Shown here piece after piece: positions 55,737 through 63,852 of a stretch of 64,000 nucleotides of DNA (the first letter of the stretch is position 1; every line of letters begins with the position of its first letter). Below the pieces are notes generated by a model. The model worked only from the letters and a program-made list of their open reading frames with translations. It had not been told where the DNA came from and made no database searches. This DNA comes from a virus. Position numbers and translations under genes: made by a program. The stretch is taken from positions 32,001 through 96,000 of IMG/VR virus record IMGVR_UViG_3300045988_099276; one strand, written 5' to 3'.

Positions 55737-56498
55737 CTATTTAATAGAAGACCAAGTTAAATCATCTGGCGTAGCAAAATCAGAAGCATCATGATATGCG
55801 GCAGATTTTAAACCATATACTGCCACAGATTTATCTTTAACTTTGATTGTACCATTTGTAGTGCCAGTAGTAATAGATGTAACTGTCAAAACATCAGATG
55901 GCAAAATGCCGCTTGCAACGGTATCGACATATGCTTTAGTGGCAATGTCATTATCGTCATTGATGGCTTGACCAGCCGCGTATTTAATTTTACCAGATAA
56001 AGTACCACCAGTAAGAGGAAGATATTTCGCTTTCTCTTGGTCGGTATATGCCTTTGCATCTTTAAGGGCTTTATCTGCCCTTACTTGTGCGTCTGTTGAA
56101 GACGCACCAGATGCAGTCTTAATTGCTGAATTCATCTCACTCTTGGTTGGATAGTTCGATAGGTCGGTCTTAGAACCACCTAGCTTTTCAAACTTACCAT
56201 TAACCCAAAAATATTCAGTATATTCATTGCTGGATTCAGTCAAATCTGGCAACATATAAATTGTATTTTCTTCGCCAGTAGAAGGAAGAGTTGACCCTTT
56301 TGCAAGCACAACACGTTTAAGATGCGGCGCACCTGCCACTGCATTGGCAATAGCTGTGTTCATAGCATCCTTTTTAACATATTCTGCTGGAATTTTGTTA
56401 CTTGGAATGTTAATATCCCAATTAATATCAGAAGCATCTACGAGTTTGAAAGTGCCGTTATTCTTTTGTTTGATTTTATCAATAAGTTGAACAGGCAT
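55737..56498 (-). CDS. tail fibre protein (253 aa)
   Basis: Shares modules with 57341-58987 (HLKR.VLA..., TEY..VNG.FE..G, GTTNGTIKVKDKSVAVYGLKSAAY). Confidence 0.68.
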   Translation of the reverse strand: MPVQLIDKIKQKNNGTFKLVDASDINWDINIPSNKIPAEYVKKDAMNTAIANAVAGAPHLKRVVLAKGSTLPSTGEENTIYMLPDLTESSNEYTEYFWVNGKFEKLGGSKTDLSNYPTKSEMNSAIKTASGASSTDAQVRADKALKDAKAYTDQEKAKYLPLTGGTLSGKIKYAAGQAINDDNDIATKAYVDTVASGILPSDVLTVTSITTGTTNGTIKVKDKSVAVYGLKSAAYHDASDFATPDDLTWSSIK

Positions 56499-57316
56499 TA
56501 TTTCACCTCCACCGTAGTTGCACCTAATCCTGCATTAGTTGACCTATAGATATTATAAGAAGCGGTATAGCCACTTGCATTTGTGAAATCAAAAGTCTTT
56601 ACTTTGTTGAAGCCACCCTCGAAACCTCCAACATAAAATGCGGGAGTTCCAAAAGAAGCAGGAATAGCAAAATAAATATGCTGCTCAGCATTAGCTGTGA
56701 CGCTCCATGAACCAGTGCGGCCAGACACTAGATTTTTAGTAAGCCCTTTGACAAATGTCGCATCCATCCTAGAAGTATCTGTTATATTGCTCACGCCATA
56801 GTATTTACCATTTAAAAAGTAAATTGTAGTCTGCTTAGTAGATGTGGCTTTGCGAGCATCAGTAGCGGTCAAAGTAAATGCGGTCGTTGCGGTAAGAGGT
56901 GCCGCAAATGTAATTGCCGCATTCCCAGATTGTGTCTTATTGATTTCAAATGATTGGCTACCTGTTGTAATTGTCAGTTTAGAAGGTTGTTTGTTCAAAT
57001 TCCAAGAGAAGTTGGAAGATGGAAGACGAGAACCTATTTCAAGTGTGCCGCTATTGTTAGAAAAACTATTAACGGACATCGCTTTATAAATTGAAAGTGT
57101 GCCGTCAGAGGTAATATCAAAATCTCCGCTTGGCTTGATAATACCTGCAGCAGAACCCGTGGCAATTTTAATATCGCCACAGCTATATTTGATATTATTT
57201 TTCATGATACTCGTGGTATCTGAAAGAAAATAGATGCCGTTGGGGTCTATTTTGGTAGACCCCAACGCATCATACTCTGATTGCACGCCTGTGTAAAATC
57301 TAATATCAGCAGACAT
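56498..57316 (-). CDS. tail fibre / baseplate-associated protein
   Basis: N-terminus MSADIRFYTGVQSEYDALGSTKIDPNGIYFLSD resembles the other fibre N-termini; Ser/Thr-rich beta-type sequence. Confidence 0.6.
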   Translation of the reverse strand: MSADIRFYTGVQSEYDALGSTKIDPNGIYFLSDTTSIMKNNIKYSCGDIKIATGSAAGIIKPSGDFDITSDGTLSIYKAMSVNSFSNNSGTLEIGSRLPSSNFSWNLNKQPSKLTITTGSQSFEINKTQSGNAAITFAAPLTATTAFTLTATDARKATSTKQTTIYFLNGKYYGVSNITDTSRMDATFVKGLTKNLVSGRTGSWSVTANAEQHIYFAIPASFGTPAFYVGGFEGGFNKVKTFDFTNASGYTASYNIYRSTNAGLGATTVEVK

Positions 57317-57340
57317 ACAATCTCCTTAATCTAATTTAAA

Positions 57341-58987
57341 TTAGAGCGTCTGCCATTCAATTAGGCTGTTAGCATATTCCTTCGCAGATTTAAGAGCGTT
57401 GTTAGCCTTGGTAGTAGCATCTGCGGCAGCAGCGTCAATAGCTTCGCTCTTCTTTGTGTCAGCATAAGTCTTAGCTTCAGAAAGAGCGCCAGCAGCGGAA
57501 CCAGAAGCATCAAAAGCACCACTGTTCTGATAGGCAGCAGAACCAAGACCCTTAACGGCAACGTCTGTACCCTTGACAGAGATTGTACCGTTAGCGGTAC
57601 CAGAAATAACGTCAGCAGCCTGTAGAGCAGTATCGGCCTTTGTACCCTGAGCAGAGGTAGCGAAAGCACCAGTGGCGGCATACGCGGCAGTACCTAGGCC
57701 ATGAACCTTGACGGGAGCGCCCTTAACGGAGATAGCACCGTTAACAGTACCCTCAACAACATCAGCAGCCTGTAGAGCAGAATCAGCTTTATCACCTTGG
57801 TCGGCAGTAGCATAATTCTTGGCTAGACCATCAGAATAAGCCTTAGCATCTTCAAGAGCCTTATCAGCCTTTTTACCAGCTTCGGTGATAGCAGCAGCTT
57901 GAGCAGCGTTAGCCTTTGTGGTGGCATCGGTTGCGGCAGCAGCAATGGCAGCATTCTTAGCAGCATCGGCCTTAGTCTGAGCATCGGCAGCAGCTACGCC
58001 CTTAGCGGTAGTAATAGCACTAGTTACTTGGTCTTTAGTGAAGTAATTGCTAAGGTCTGTATCAGAAGTACCAATGCGTTCAAAGGCACCATTGATAAGC
58101 ATATACTCAGTGTATACAGACTTATTAGAACCTGCGGCATCAGCGCTGCCAGAATCAGGAACCATATAAATTGTATCTTCATTGGCAGCAGAAACCTCGG
58201 GGAGCTGAGCAACGATTTCACGCTTTAGGTGATGTGCGTTAGCTACAGCAGAAGTGATATGGCTATCAACTTCGGTCTTTGTATAAGCATCTCCGATACC
58301 ATAGCCAGCAAGAGTAGTAGCCTTGTTAGCTTTTTTATCAATTTCAGCCTGTAGAGCAGTCTTTGCGGCACCAACCTGACGGGTTGTCTCAGCAGCAGCA
58401 GCTTCGATAGCTTCTGTTTTCTTGGTAGCAGAATCAGCCTTGGCATCCTCTAGAGCCTTATTGGCTTTAGTAGTAGCGTCTGCGGCAGCGGCTCCAATAG
58501 CAGCCTGCTTAGCATCAGCAGCAGCTTTCTTGATAGAGCCTTCGCCCTCACCGTTAATAACGCCAATAGCAGCTTCATTAGCATTAGCTTTGCCCTCAAC
58601 AGCGGTAACGCGGTCAGCTAGAGCACCTGTATTAAGATTAGCAATAGTATCCTTAACATAATCGGCAACAGACTTAGCAGTAGCAAGCTCAGCGGCAGTG
58701 CTAGCATCAGAAATAGTAGTAGCCTTGGGAAGAACTACGGTCTGAAAAGCAGAGCCATCATAAAAACGAACTTCACCAGTAGTCTTATGGACATAGAGGA
58801 CATTCTGCTTAGCCGTATCGGTTGCAGGGAAAGCATCAACAGTCTTGTAAACGCCACCAGAGAAGCACTGGTCACCCTTGAAGATTTGGTTGACACCGTT
58901 ACCGATAAAGTACAGAGTATTGGGGTCTTTTACAGCAAGAGAGTTATACTTTGCAAGGTCGGTAGCAATAAATTTTACTTGTGCCAT
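57341..58987 (-). CDS. long Ala-rich coiled-coil tail fibre (548 aa)
   Basis: MAQVKFIATDLAKYNSLAVKDPNTLYFI; three AAADATTKAN.AL(E/K).AK repeats; duplicated GT.NG.ISVKG..V.V.GLG.AAY modules. Confidence 0.75.
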   Translation of the reverse strand: MAQVKFIATDLAKYNSLAVKDPNTLYFIGNGVNQIFKGDQCFSGGVYKTVDAFPATDTAKQNVLYVHKTTGEVRFYDGSAFQTVVLPKATTISDASTAAELATAKSVADYVKDTIANLNTGALADRVTAVEGKANANEAAIGVINGEGEGSIKKAAADAKQAAIGAAAADATTKANKALEDAKADSATKKTEAIEAAAAETTRQVGAAKTALQAEIDKKANKATTLAGYGIGDAYTKTEVDSHITSAVANAHHLKREIVAQLPEVSAANEDTIYMVPDSGSADAAGSNKSVYTEYMLINGAFERIGTSDTDLSNYFTKDQVTSAITTAKGVAAADAQTKADAAKNAAIAAAATDATTKANAAQAAAITEAGKKADKALEDAKAYSDGLAKNYATADQGDKADSALQAADVVEGTVNGAISVKGAPVKVHGLGTAAYAATGAFATSAQGTKADTALQAADVISGTANGTISVKGTDVAVKGLGSAAYQNSGAFDASGSAAGALSEAKTYADTKKSEAIDAAAADATTKANNALKSAKEYANSLIEWQTL

Positions 58988-59053
58988 GTAACATCCTTTC
59001 TTTTACATCTTGCAATACATATATATTATAAGCGCATTTGCGCATATAACCAA

Positions 59054-59485
59054 TTAAGATTCCAACTGATTCCATTCAGTTAGATTTGAAACCATAATAT
59101 ATTCTTTTGTGGCCGCAGACCATTTATAAGTAGCTTTGTCGGCAACATATAGTGTCTTTGGATTCCCTTCTTTTGGAAAATCTAGAACGCTTGTGGCAAA
59201 CACGATAGGCTCTAGATTGTCTGGAGTCATTTGCTGCCAAGAGCCATTTGAAAAATTCCACATGACGTTCGTAGAAGTGACGTAATAATATCCTTCAATG
59301 ACAGCAGTATATTTAATTCTGTCTTCTTCTGTGGCAAATGTCTGAATTGTCTTGAATGGATAGCGACCGCCATTGAAATCTAGACAAACTGTGCCGCCGT
59401 CAGTTACAAAAATAATATTGCCGTCACGCACTGGGAGCTTTGAGAGGTTCTTCGCGCTAACAGTGTAGAGGTTAGTATAAGTCAT
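59054..59485 (-). CDS. structural protein (fibre-associated)
   Basis: 143 aa; N-terminus ...LPVRDGNIIFVTDGGTVCLDFNG resembles the fibre N-terminal motif. Confidence 0.5.
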   Translation of the reverse strand: MTYTNLYTVSAKNLSKLPVRDGNIIFVTDGGTVCLDFNGGRYPFKTIQTFATEEDRIKYTAVIEGYYYVTSTNVMWNFSNGSWQQMTPDNLEPIVFATSVLDFPKEGNPKTLYVADKATYKWSAATKEYIMVSNLTEWNQLES

Positions 59486-60307
59486 TTAATCACCCTCCCC
59501 TACAAGTTTATCGAAGTCTATCATTTCAAGGTGCGGAGTTTGAATATTTCTATCAATATATTCTTTAATTGTAGAAATATCATCTGTAAACGTAATGCCG
59601 CATTTATCAGCATCTAGTTTTGAATCAATGCGGGCATCGACAATCGCCAAAGATTTCTTAGCTTCTTCCAGAGCTGCATCGGCTTTATTGCCAATTTGCT
59701 CAACACGTTCCATAGCTTCGGTAGCCTTTTTTGCCGCATCGTCTGCCTTACTAGCAGCCGCATTAGCTGTATCTACTGCTTCTTTTGCATCGACCTTTAC
59801 CTTGCTAAACTCAAGCAGCATGTCTTCAAATTCAATTTTCTGAGCAACCATCTGCTTTTTCATTTGGTCACCGATACAATTTAGACGAATAACTGCATTC
59901 TGGAATAGCGTGAAATCATCAGAAACTACAAAAGAAGAGCCGTCATTTGGGTCTGATAAAACGTGTACGATGAAGTTTGTAGACTGAGCAATAGAAACGC
60001 TGTCTACTAATTCAATGCAGCATAGAACATCGCCTTCGAGCAACATAGCTTGCGGCCATTTGATTTCCCAGATAATTGGGTCATCATTCGTCTGCGTGAA
60101 GACATTATATCCCTTAATCTTCTTTTGGCGATGGAACCAACTCAGATATACTTTAGTCTCAGGAGTAATTTGAGCAGCAGCTTCTTGGTCAAAAATAATC
60201 CTAAAAGTACGACCGTTCGCATCCGCGCCACCAGCTACAATAGGGTCTTTAATATCTTGGTCAAGAGACTTTAAATTGACTGTAACTGTTTTCAATTCCT
60301 GACTCAT
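59486..60307 (-). CDS. baseplate upper protein (BppU)-like
   Basis: N-terminal TVNLKSLDQDIKDPIVAGGADANGRTFRIIF resembles the BppU N-domain; C-terminal Ala-rich coiled coil. Pattern-level inference. Confidence 0.45.
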   Translation of the reverse strand: MSQELKTVTVNLKSLDQDIKDPIVAGGADANGRTFRIIFDQEAAAQITPETKVYLSWFHRQKKIKGYNVFTQTNDDPIIWEIKWPQAMLLEGDVLCCIELVDSVSIAQSTNFIVHVLSDPNDGSSFVVSDDFTLFQNAVIRLNCIGDQMKKQMVAQKIEFEDMLLEFSKVKVDAKEAVDTANAAASKADDAAKKATEAMERVEQIGNKADAALEEAKKSLAIVDARIDSKLDADKCGITFTDDISTIKEYIDRNIQTPHLEMIDFDKLVGEGD

Positions 60308-60841
60308 TTATTCACTCCTTTCATTGTTCTTTTGGCTTACAATAAATTGTGGATTGGAAAGATTGATTCTCGGTAGTTCGCGTATCTCTTCCATTAAGCC
60401 ATCAATGAATGAGTTGCCGCCTGCCGCTTTATAATATAAATATCTACGCTCTAGAGATTCTAGGTTAAGGTCATCAATAGCCTTGATTTCATAGCAAAAA
60501 TAGTGATGCTTGTCAATGATATAACTGCGAGAATTTTCCTGCAATCTTTCAAGAGTAAGTTTTTCATGCTCTTGGAGTGTTTTAATATCATTCGATTGGT
60601 TGCTAATTTCTTGGCTAAGATTTTTAACGTCTGCTTGCAACGAAGCAATACTTTCCACAATCTCAGAGTGCTTTATATCTTTAATTGTCTGATAGTTGAA
60701 ATACTTTTTTAATTTATCATAACAATATTCCAATAGCTCACTTAAAAATTTAAAAGCGACAGCTAAAGTCACAACTAGCATAACGATAGCCCCAAAAGAG
60801 TATTGCGATACCAGTTGCGATAAAGCATCCATTCTCGGCAA
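60308..60841 (-). CDS. membrane-anchored coiled-coil protein
   Basis: TM helix FGAIVMLVVTLAVAFKF followed by a coiled coil. Confidence 0.5.
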   Translation of the reverse strand: MPRMDALSQLVSQYSFGAIVMLVVTLAVAFKFLSELLEYCYDKLKKYFNYQTIKDIKHSEIVESIASLQADVKNLSQEISNQSNDIKTLQEHEKLTLERLQENSRSYIIDKHHYFCYEIKAIDDLNLESLERRYLYYKAAGGNSFIDGLMEEIRELPRINLSNPQFIVSQKNNERSE

Positions 60842-60910
60842 TATCCCTTCTTCTCTACATAATCTATATAATATGAAAATAATTTGTATTTGATTTTAGG
60901 AATTTGCCCA

Positions 60911-60943
60911 TAAAAAAACGAGGGAAACATAAAGTTTCCCTCG
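60911..60943 (-). terminator. Rho-independent terminator
   Basis: CGAGGGAAAC/GTTTCCCTCG stem followed by T7 on the minus strand. Confidence 0.75.
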
Positions 60944-61008
60944 AATTAATAAACTATGTCTAGGAGATTAACAAAATTTGATATTATGCTGCACCTCCTA
61001 TCATATAA

Positions 61009-61395
61009 CTAGGCTGTGCGGAAATAGATATTAAAAGCCCTGTACTTTGGGCGGTTGTCAAAAGGTTGATTACCGCCTGTATTTTCCATCGAATCGTTTG
61101 GTGGATTCCAGCTTCTAGAACCGTTAAGAGCAGCTTTAAAATAGTTTTGTGAATTGCCAGTAAGCCATTCACCGAATCCAGCAAGCACGTGGTTATGTGA
61201 TGGCATTTGGTTAATTGTAAGTTTAATAGAGTTTGTGCCACCTGTTGTATTTGGCGTGCCGCAACAAATGAACGTGTCATTATCGAGCTTTGTCCATGTT
61301 CCGCCAATGGAATCTGCTGGCGAGACTGAATTGTTTGAAATAAAGACTGACCCAACTGGGTAGACAATATCCATGAGGTTAACGTAGTTAGACAT
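61009..61395 (-). CDS. phage tail-collar-domain protein, paralog 4
   Basis: MSNYVNLMDIVYPVGSVFIS...SPADSIGGTWTKL...MPSHNH...GGNQPFDNRPKY...YFRTA. Confidence 0.72.
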   Translation of the reverse strand: MSNYVNLMDIVYPVGSVFISNNSVSPADSIGGTWTKLDNDTFICCGTPNTTGGTNSIKLTINQMPSHNHVLAGFGEWLTGNSQNYFKAALNGSRSWNPPNDSMENTGGNQPFDNRPKYRAFNIYFRTA

Positions 61396-61413
61396 ACGCC
61401 ACCTCGCTCAGAT

Positions 61414-61806
61414 TTAAGCTGTACGATACCAGATAAAGCAAGTTGTATAGGGCGGCAGATTGTTGTGTGCTTGCCCCCCCCCAGTATTCTTTGCAGCATT
61501 ATTCCAATCTGGATTACCATCATTCCACGCAGGAGAATTAGTTGCAAAAAGTGTACGATATGTTGTTGCATTTCCACCGTTAACAACAGCAACAACAATG
61601 CCATGTCCATGAGACGGCATTTCATCAATTGTTAACGTATGCTTTGCTTCTCCGCCTGTTTGATTTGCGGTATTAGCTCCATAGAGGAAAGTCTTAATTT
61701 TCGTCCATGTACCACCAATAGAATCAGCAGGTGATGTTGCACTCATGCTCTGATAGATTGAGCCTACTGGATATACGATATCCAATAGATTTACAAAATT
61801 ACTCAT
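61414..61806 (-). CDS. phage tail-collar-domain protein, paralog 3 (contains an in-frame G9 tract)
   Basis: MSNFVNLLDIVYPVGSIYQS...GGTWTKI...MPSHGH...NTGGGQAHNNLPPY...WYRTA. The GGG GGG GGG codons encode the conserved GGGQ motif. Confidence 0.72.
   Translation of the reverse strand: MSNFVNLLDIVYPVGSIYQSMSATSPADSIGGTWTKIKTFLYGANTANQTGGEAKHTLTIDEMPSHGHGIVVAVVNGGNATTYRTLFATNSPAWNDGNPDWNNAAKNTGGGQAHNNLPPYTTCFIWYRTA
61474..61482 (-). repeat. homopolymeric tract, G9 on the coding strand, intragenic
   Basis: C9 run on the + strand, 23 codons before the stop of 61414-61806. Confidence 0.95.
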
Positions 61807-61850
61807 TTATATCCTTTCTAATTTAATAGAAAGAATATTATAAAATCTTC

Positions 61851-62303
61851 TTAGGCTGTTCTCTTATATACATTTAAAGAATAATGATAAGGAATATGCT
61901 TCTGCTGCTCGACTAATTGCCCATTTGAGTCTATTCGCCAAATGTCTTTAGTCCACAAATTCCAACCAGTATCACCACCATCTTTACCACCAACTGACAA
62001 TAATTGCCATAGATTACCAGCGGCAGCATTAGTATTCCAAAAACCAATACCCGAATATTGTTCCCTGTCATGATGCCAACCCACAACATTGTGCTGATGG
62101 TCTGGTATGGCTAGCTGAGAAATTATATTGCTACCAGAAAAACGTCCAGCTACGTTATAGGTATCACCACTTGCCGCAAGCAAACAATTTTCAATTTGTG
62201 TCCACGTACCACCAATAGAATCAGCAGGAGAAGTAGCATTTGTACTAATATAGATACTTCCTACTGGATAAATAATATCAAGAAGATTTACAAAATTAGA
62301 CAT
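61851..62303 (-). CDS. phage tail-collar-domain protein, paralog 2 (divergent C-terminal half)
   Basis: MSNFVNLLDIIYPVGSIYIS...SPADSIGGTWTQI...IPDHQH...YKRTA. Confidence 0.68.
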   Translation of the reverse strand: MSNFVNLLDIIYPVGSIYISTNATSPADSIGGTWTQIENCLLAASGDTYNVAGRFSGSNIISQLAIPDHQHNVVGWHHDREQYSGIGFWNTNAAAGNLWQLLSVGGKDGGDTGWNLWTKDIWRIDSNGQLVEQQKHIPYHYSLNVYKRTA

Positions 62304-62342
62304 GATAAATCACCATGCCTAGAACAGCCATTGAAGAAGAAG

Positions 62343-62399
62343 CTACATTACTGTAGCCTCCCCCCCCCAATGACTGTGATTAGTCATTAAGTTTTTCAT
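62343..62399 (-). CDS. poly-G leader ORF D (18 aa as sequenced, OFF frame)
   Basis: GAAAGGA SD then ATG; MKNLMTNHSHWGGEATVM* with G9. With G10 it reads ...HWGGGGYSNVASSSMAVLGMVIYHV* and its TAA overlaps the next ATG (ATGTCTAA). Confidence 0.45.
   Translation of the reverse strand: MKNLMTNHSHWGGEATVM
62360..62368 (-). repeat. homopolymeric tract, G9 on the coding strand
   Basis: C9 run on the + strand inside leader ORF D. Confidence 0.95.
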
Positions 62400-62434
62400 A
62401 ATATCCTTTCGTTTAGATATTATGATTTTAGACT

Positions 62435-62818
62435 TTAAGCAGTTCGCACCCAAACTTTGCAAGCATATGAATAAGGATAATAATCCTGTCCACCACCAGC
62501 ATCACCAGTATTACACCCTTGAGGATAGTTTTGTGCGCCAGCACTGCCTGAATCTTCACTATAGTCTTTACGAACAATATTAGGATTACCGTAATTTGCT
62601 GTAACATATTGAGCGTGTGCGTGAACTGGCATCTGTTTAACGCTAATAGTCTTACTACCAGTATAACCTACAATATCATCATATGCGGCCAAACATGCGC
62701 CATCTTTAATTTGAGTCCATGTACCGCCAATAGATGATGCAGGTGAAATACCGCTAGCAGTGATATATATACTGTTTACAGGATAGATAATATCTAGAAG
62801 GTTTACGAAATTGCTCAT
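62435..62818 (-). CDS. phage tail-collar-domain protein, paralog 1
   Basis: MSNFVNLLDIIYPVNSIYIT...GGTWTQI...MPVHAH...GGGQDYYPYSY...VWVRTA. Strong AAGGAGG SD. Confidence 0.72.
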   Translation of the reverse strand: MSNFVNLLDIIYPVNSIYITASGISPASSIGGTWTQIKDGACLAAYDDIVGYTGSKTISVKQMPVHAHAQYVTANYGNPNIVRKDYSEDSGSAGAQNYPQGCNTGDAGGGQDYYPYSYACKVWVRTA

Positions 62819-62931
62819 TATTCAACCTCCTTATTTGGGAGGTTATCTAAAATCATAATATCAAATTGATTTATAGATTCTAAGCTACCGCAGTAGCCCC
62901 CTAGAGAGGTCAATTCATTAAACTTATTCAC
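62818..62931 (-). CDS. leader-like small ORF E (37 aa) with a short G5 run
   Basis: AAAGGAG SD then GTG; VNKFNELTSLGGYCGSLESINQFDIMILDNLPNKEVE. Its TAA overlaps the next ATG (TAATG). LGGY aligns with WGGGGY of leader D. Confidence 0.45.
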   Translation of the reverse strand: MNKFNELTSLGGYCGSLESINQFDIMILDNLPNKEVE

Positions 62932-62975
62932 ATAAAACTCCTTTTCTTTCTCAGAATTATATTCTATATCTATAT

Positions 62976-63010
62976 GAAAAAAGGGCAAAACCCCTAATAG
63001 GATTTTGCCC
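62976..63010 (-). terminator. Rho-independent terminator
   Basis: GGGCAAAA/TTTTGCCC stem followed by T6 on the minus strand, after fibre A. Confidence 0.6.
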
Positions 63011-63019
63011 AAAACTATA

Positions 63020-63838
63020 TTAGATTTTAATCCACAATTTACAAGTAGAGGATGTAGGCTGAGAAGATGATACAGTGATAACATCATTTGCCGCATAATT
63101 GGAAGAAGAAGTATATGCGGCGCTACCAAGACCTAACCATTTCCTATATTCACCTTGTGATACGTCTTTAATTTTTCGTTCATCGTTCATACCAAGAGCA
63201 TACTTAAAATCGGCAGATGTAAATCCATCACCAGCATAACCGATTTTAATACCTTGATTAGTATTATTATAATCCGCTATCTCAATAGCTTTATCTGCTG
63301 AACCTGCACTTGTAGCTTTACCAGTAAGATTGCCTTTAAAATTATTAGCTTCAATCGTTGAATACGCAGTATTCGATGTATAATTACAAAACTTATATGT
63401 AATACCAGTAGTCCCACCATCTGATGCATCAGAGTCGGCATTTCTATAATTAAAATAACAAGTAGGTTGCTTACCACCAGAAAAGTTAATTTCATTTTGA
63501 TGAGTATAAATTACATTTATACACTTATTAGCGGTACCAGCTGAATTAGCATAATTTACTGACTTACTAGAATCTGCTGTATTATTGACGTTATTGATAC
63601 CTAGATATTGCTTTGCCGCATCTAGATTTACATCTTTAATATGATTGCCAGTTGAACTATATCCTGCAAGACAACCTAAATTCTTTTCAGCATCTTCTTG
63701 ATTTAATCTTAAAGATTCTGCTGCAAATCCTATTTTAATTGTTCTACCGGTAGGTGCATTATAATCTCGCACACCATCGGCTTTAGAAGGGACAAATTCA
63801 GAAAAATTCGTCCCATCGCTCACCATAAAATCAGCCAC
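63020..63838 (-). CDS. tail fibre / receptor-binding protein (fibre A)
   Basis: GTG start without SD; MADFMVSDGTNFSEFVP; C-terminus SSSQPTSSTCKLWIKI. Confidence 0.72.
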   Translation of the reverse strand: MADFMVSDGTNFSEFVPSKADGVRDYNAPTGRTIKIGFAAESLRLNQEDAEKNLGCLAGYSSTGNHIKDVNLDAAKQYLGINNVNNTADSSKSVNYANSAGTANKCINVIYTHQNEINFSGGKQPTCYFNYRNADSDASDGGTTGITYKFCNYTSNTAYSTIEANNFKGNLTGKATSAGSADKAIEIADYNNTNQGIKIGYAGDGFTSADFKYALGMNDERKIKDVSQGEYRKWLGLGSAAYTSSSNYAANDVITVSSSQPTSSTCKLWIKI

Positions 63839-63852
63839 ATCTATCAGCTAAG

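Noticed and set aside
60984-61628. 214-aa minus-strand ORF overlapping two tail-collar paralogs in another frame
   Set aside because: It crosses the intergenic SD and start of a well-supported gene. It is Leu/Gln/Thr-rich with no motifs. The tail-collar frames have strong paralog conservation.
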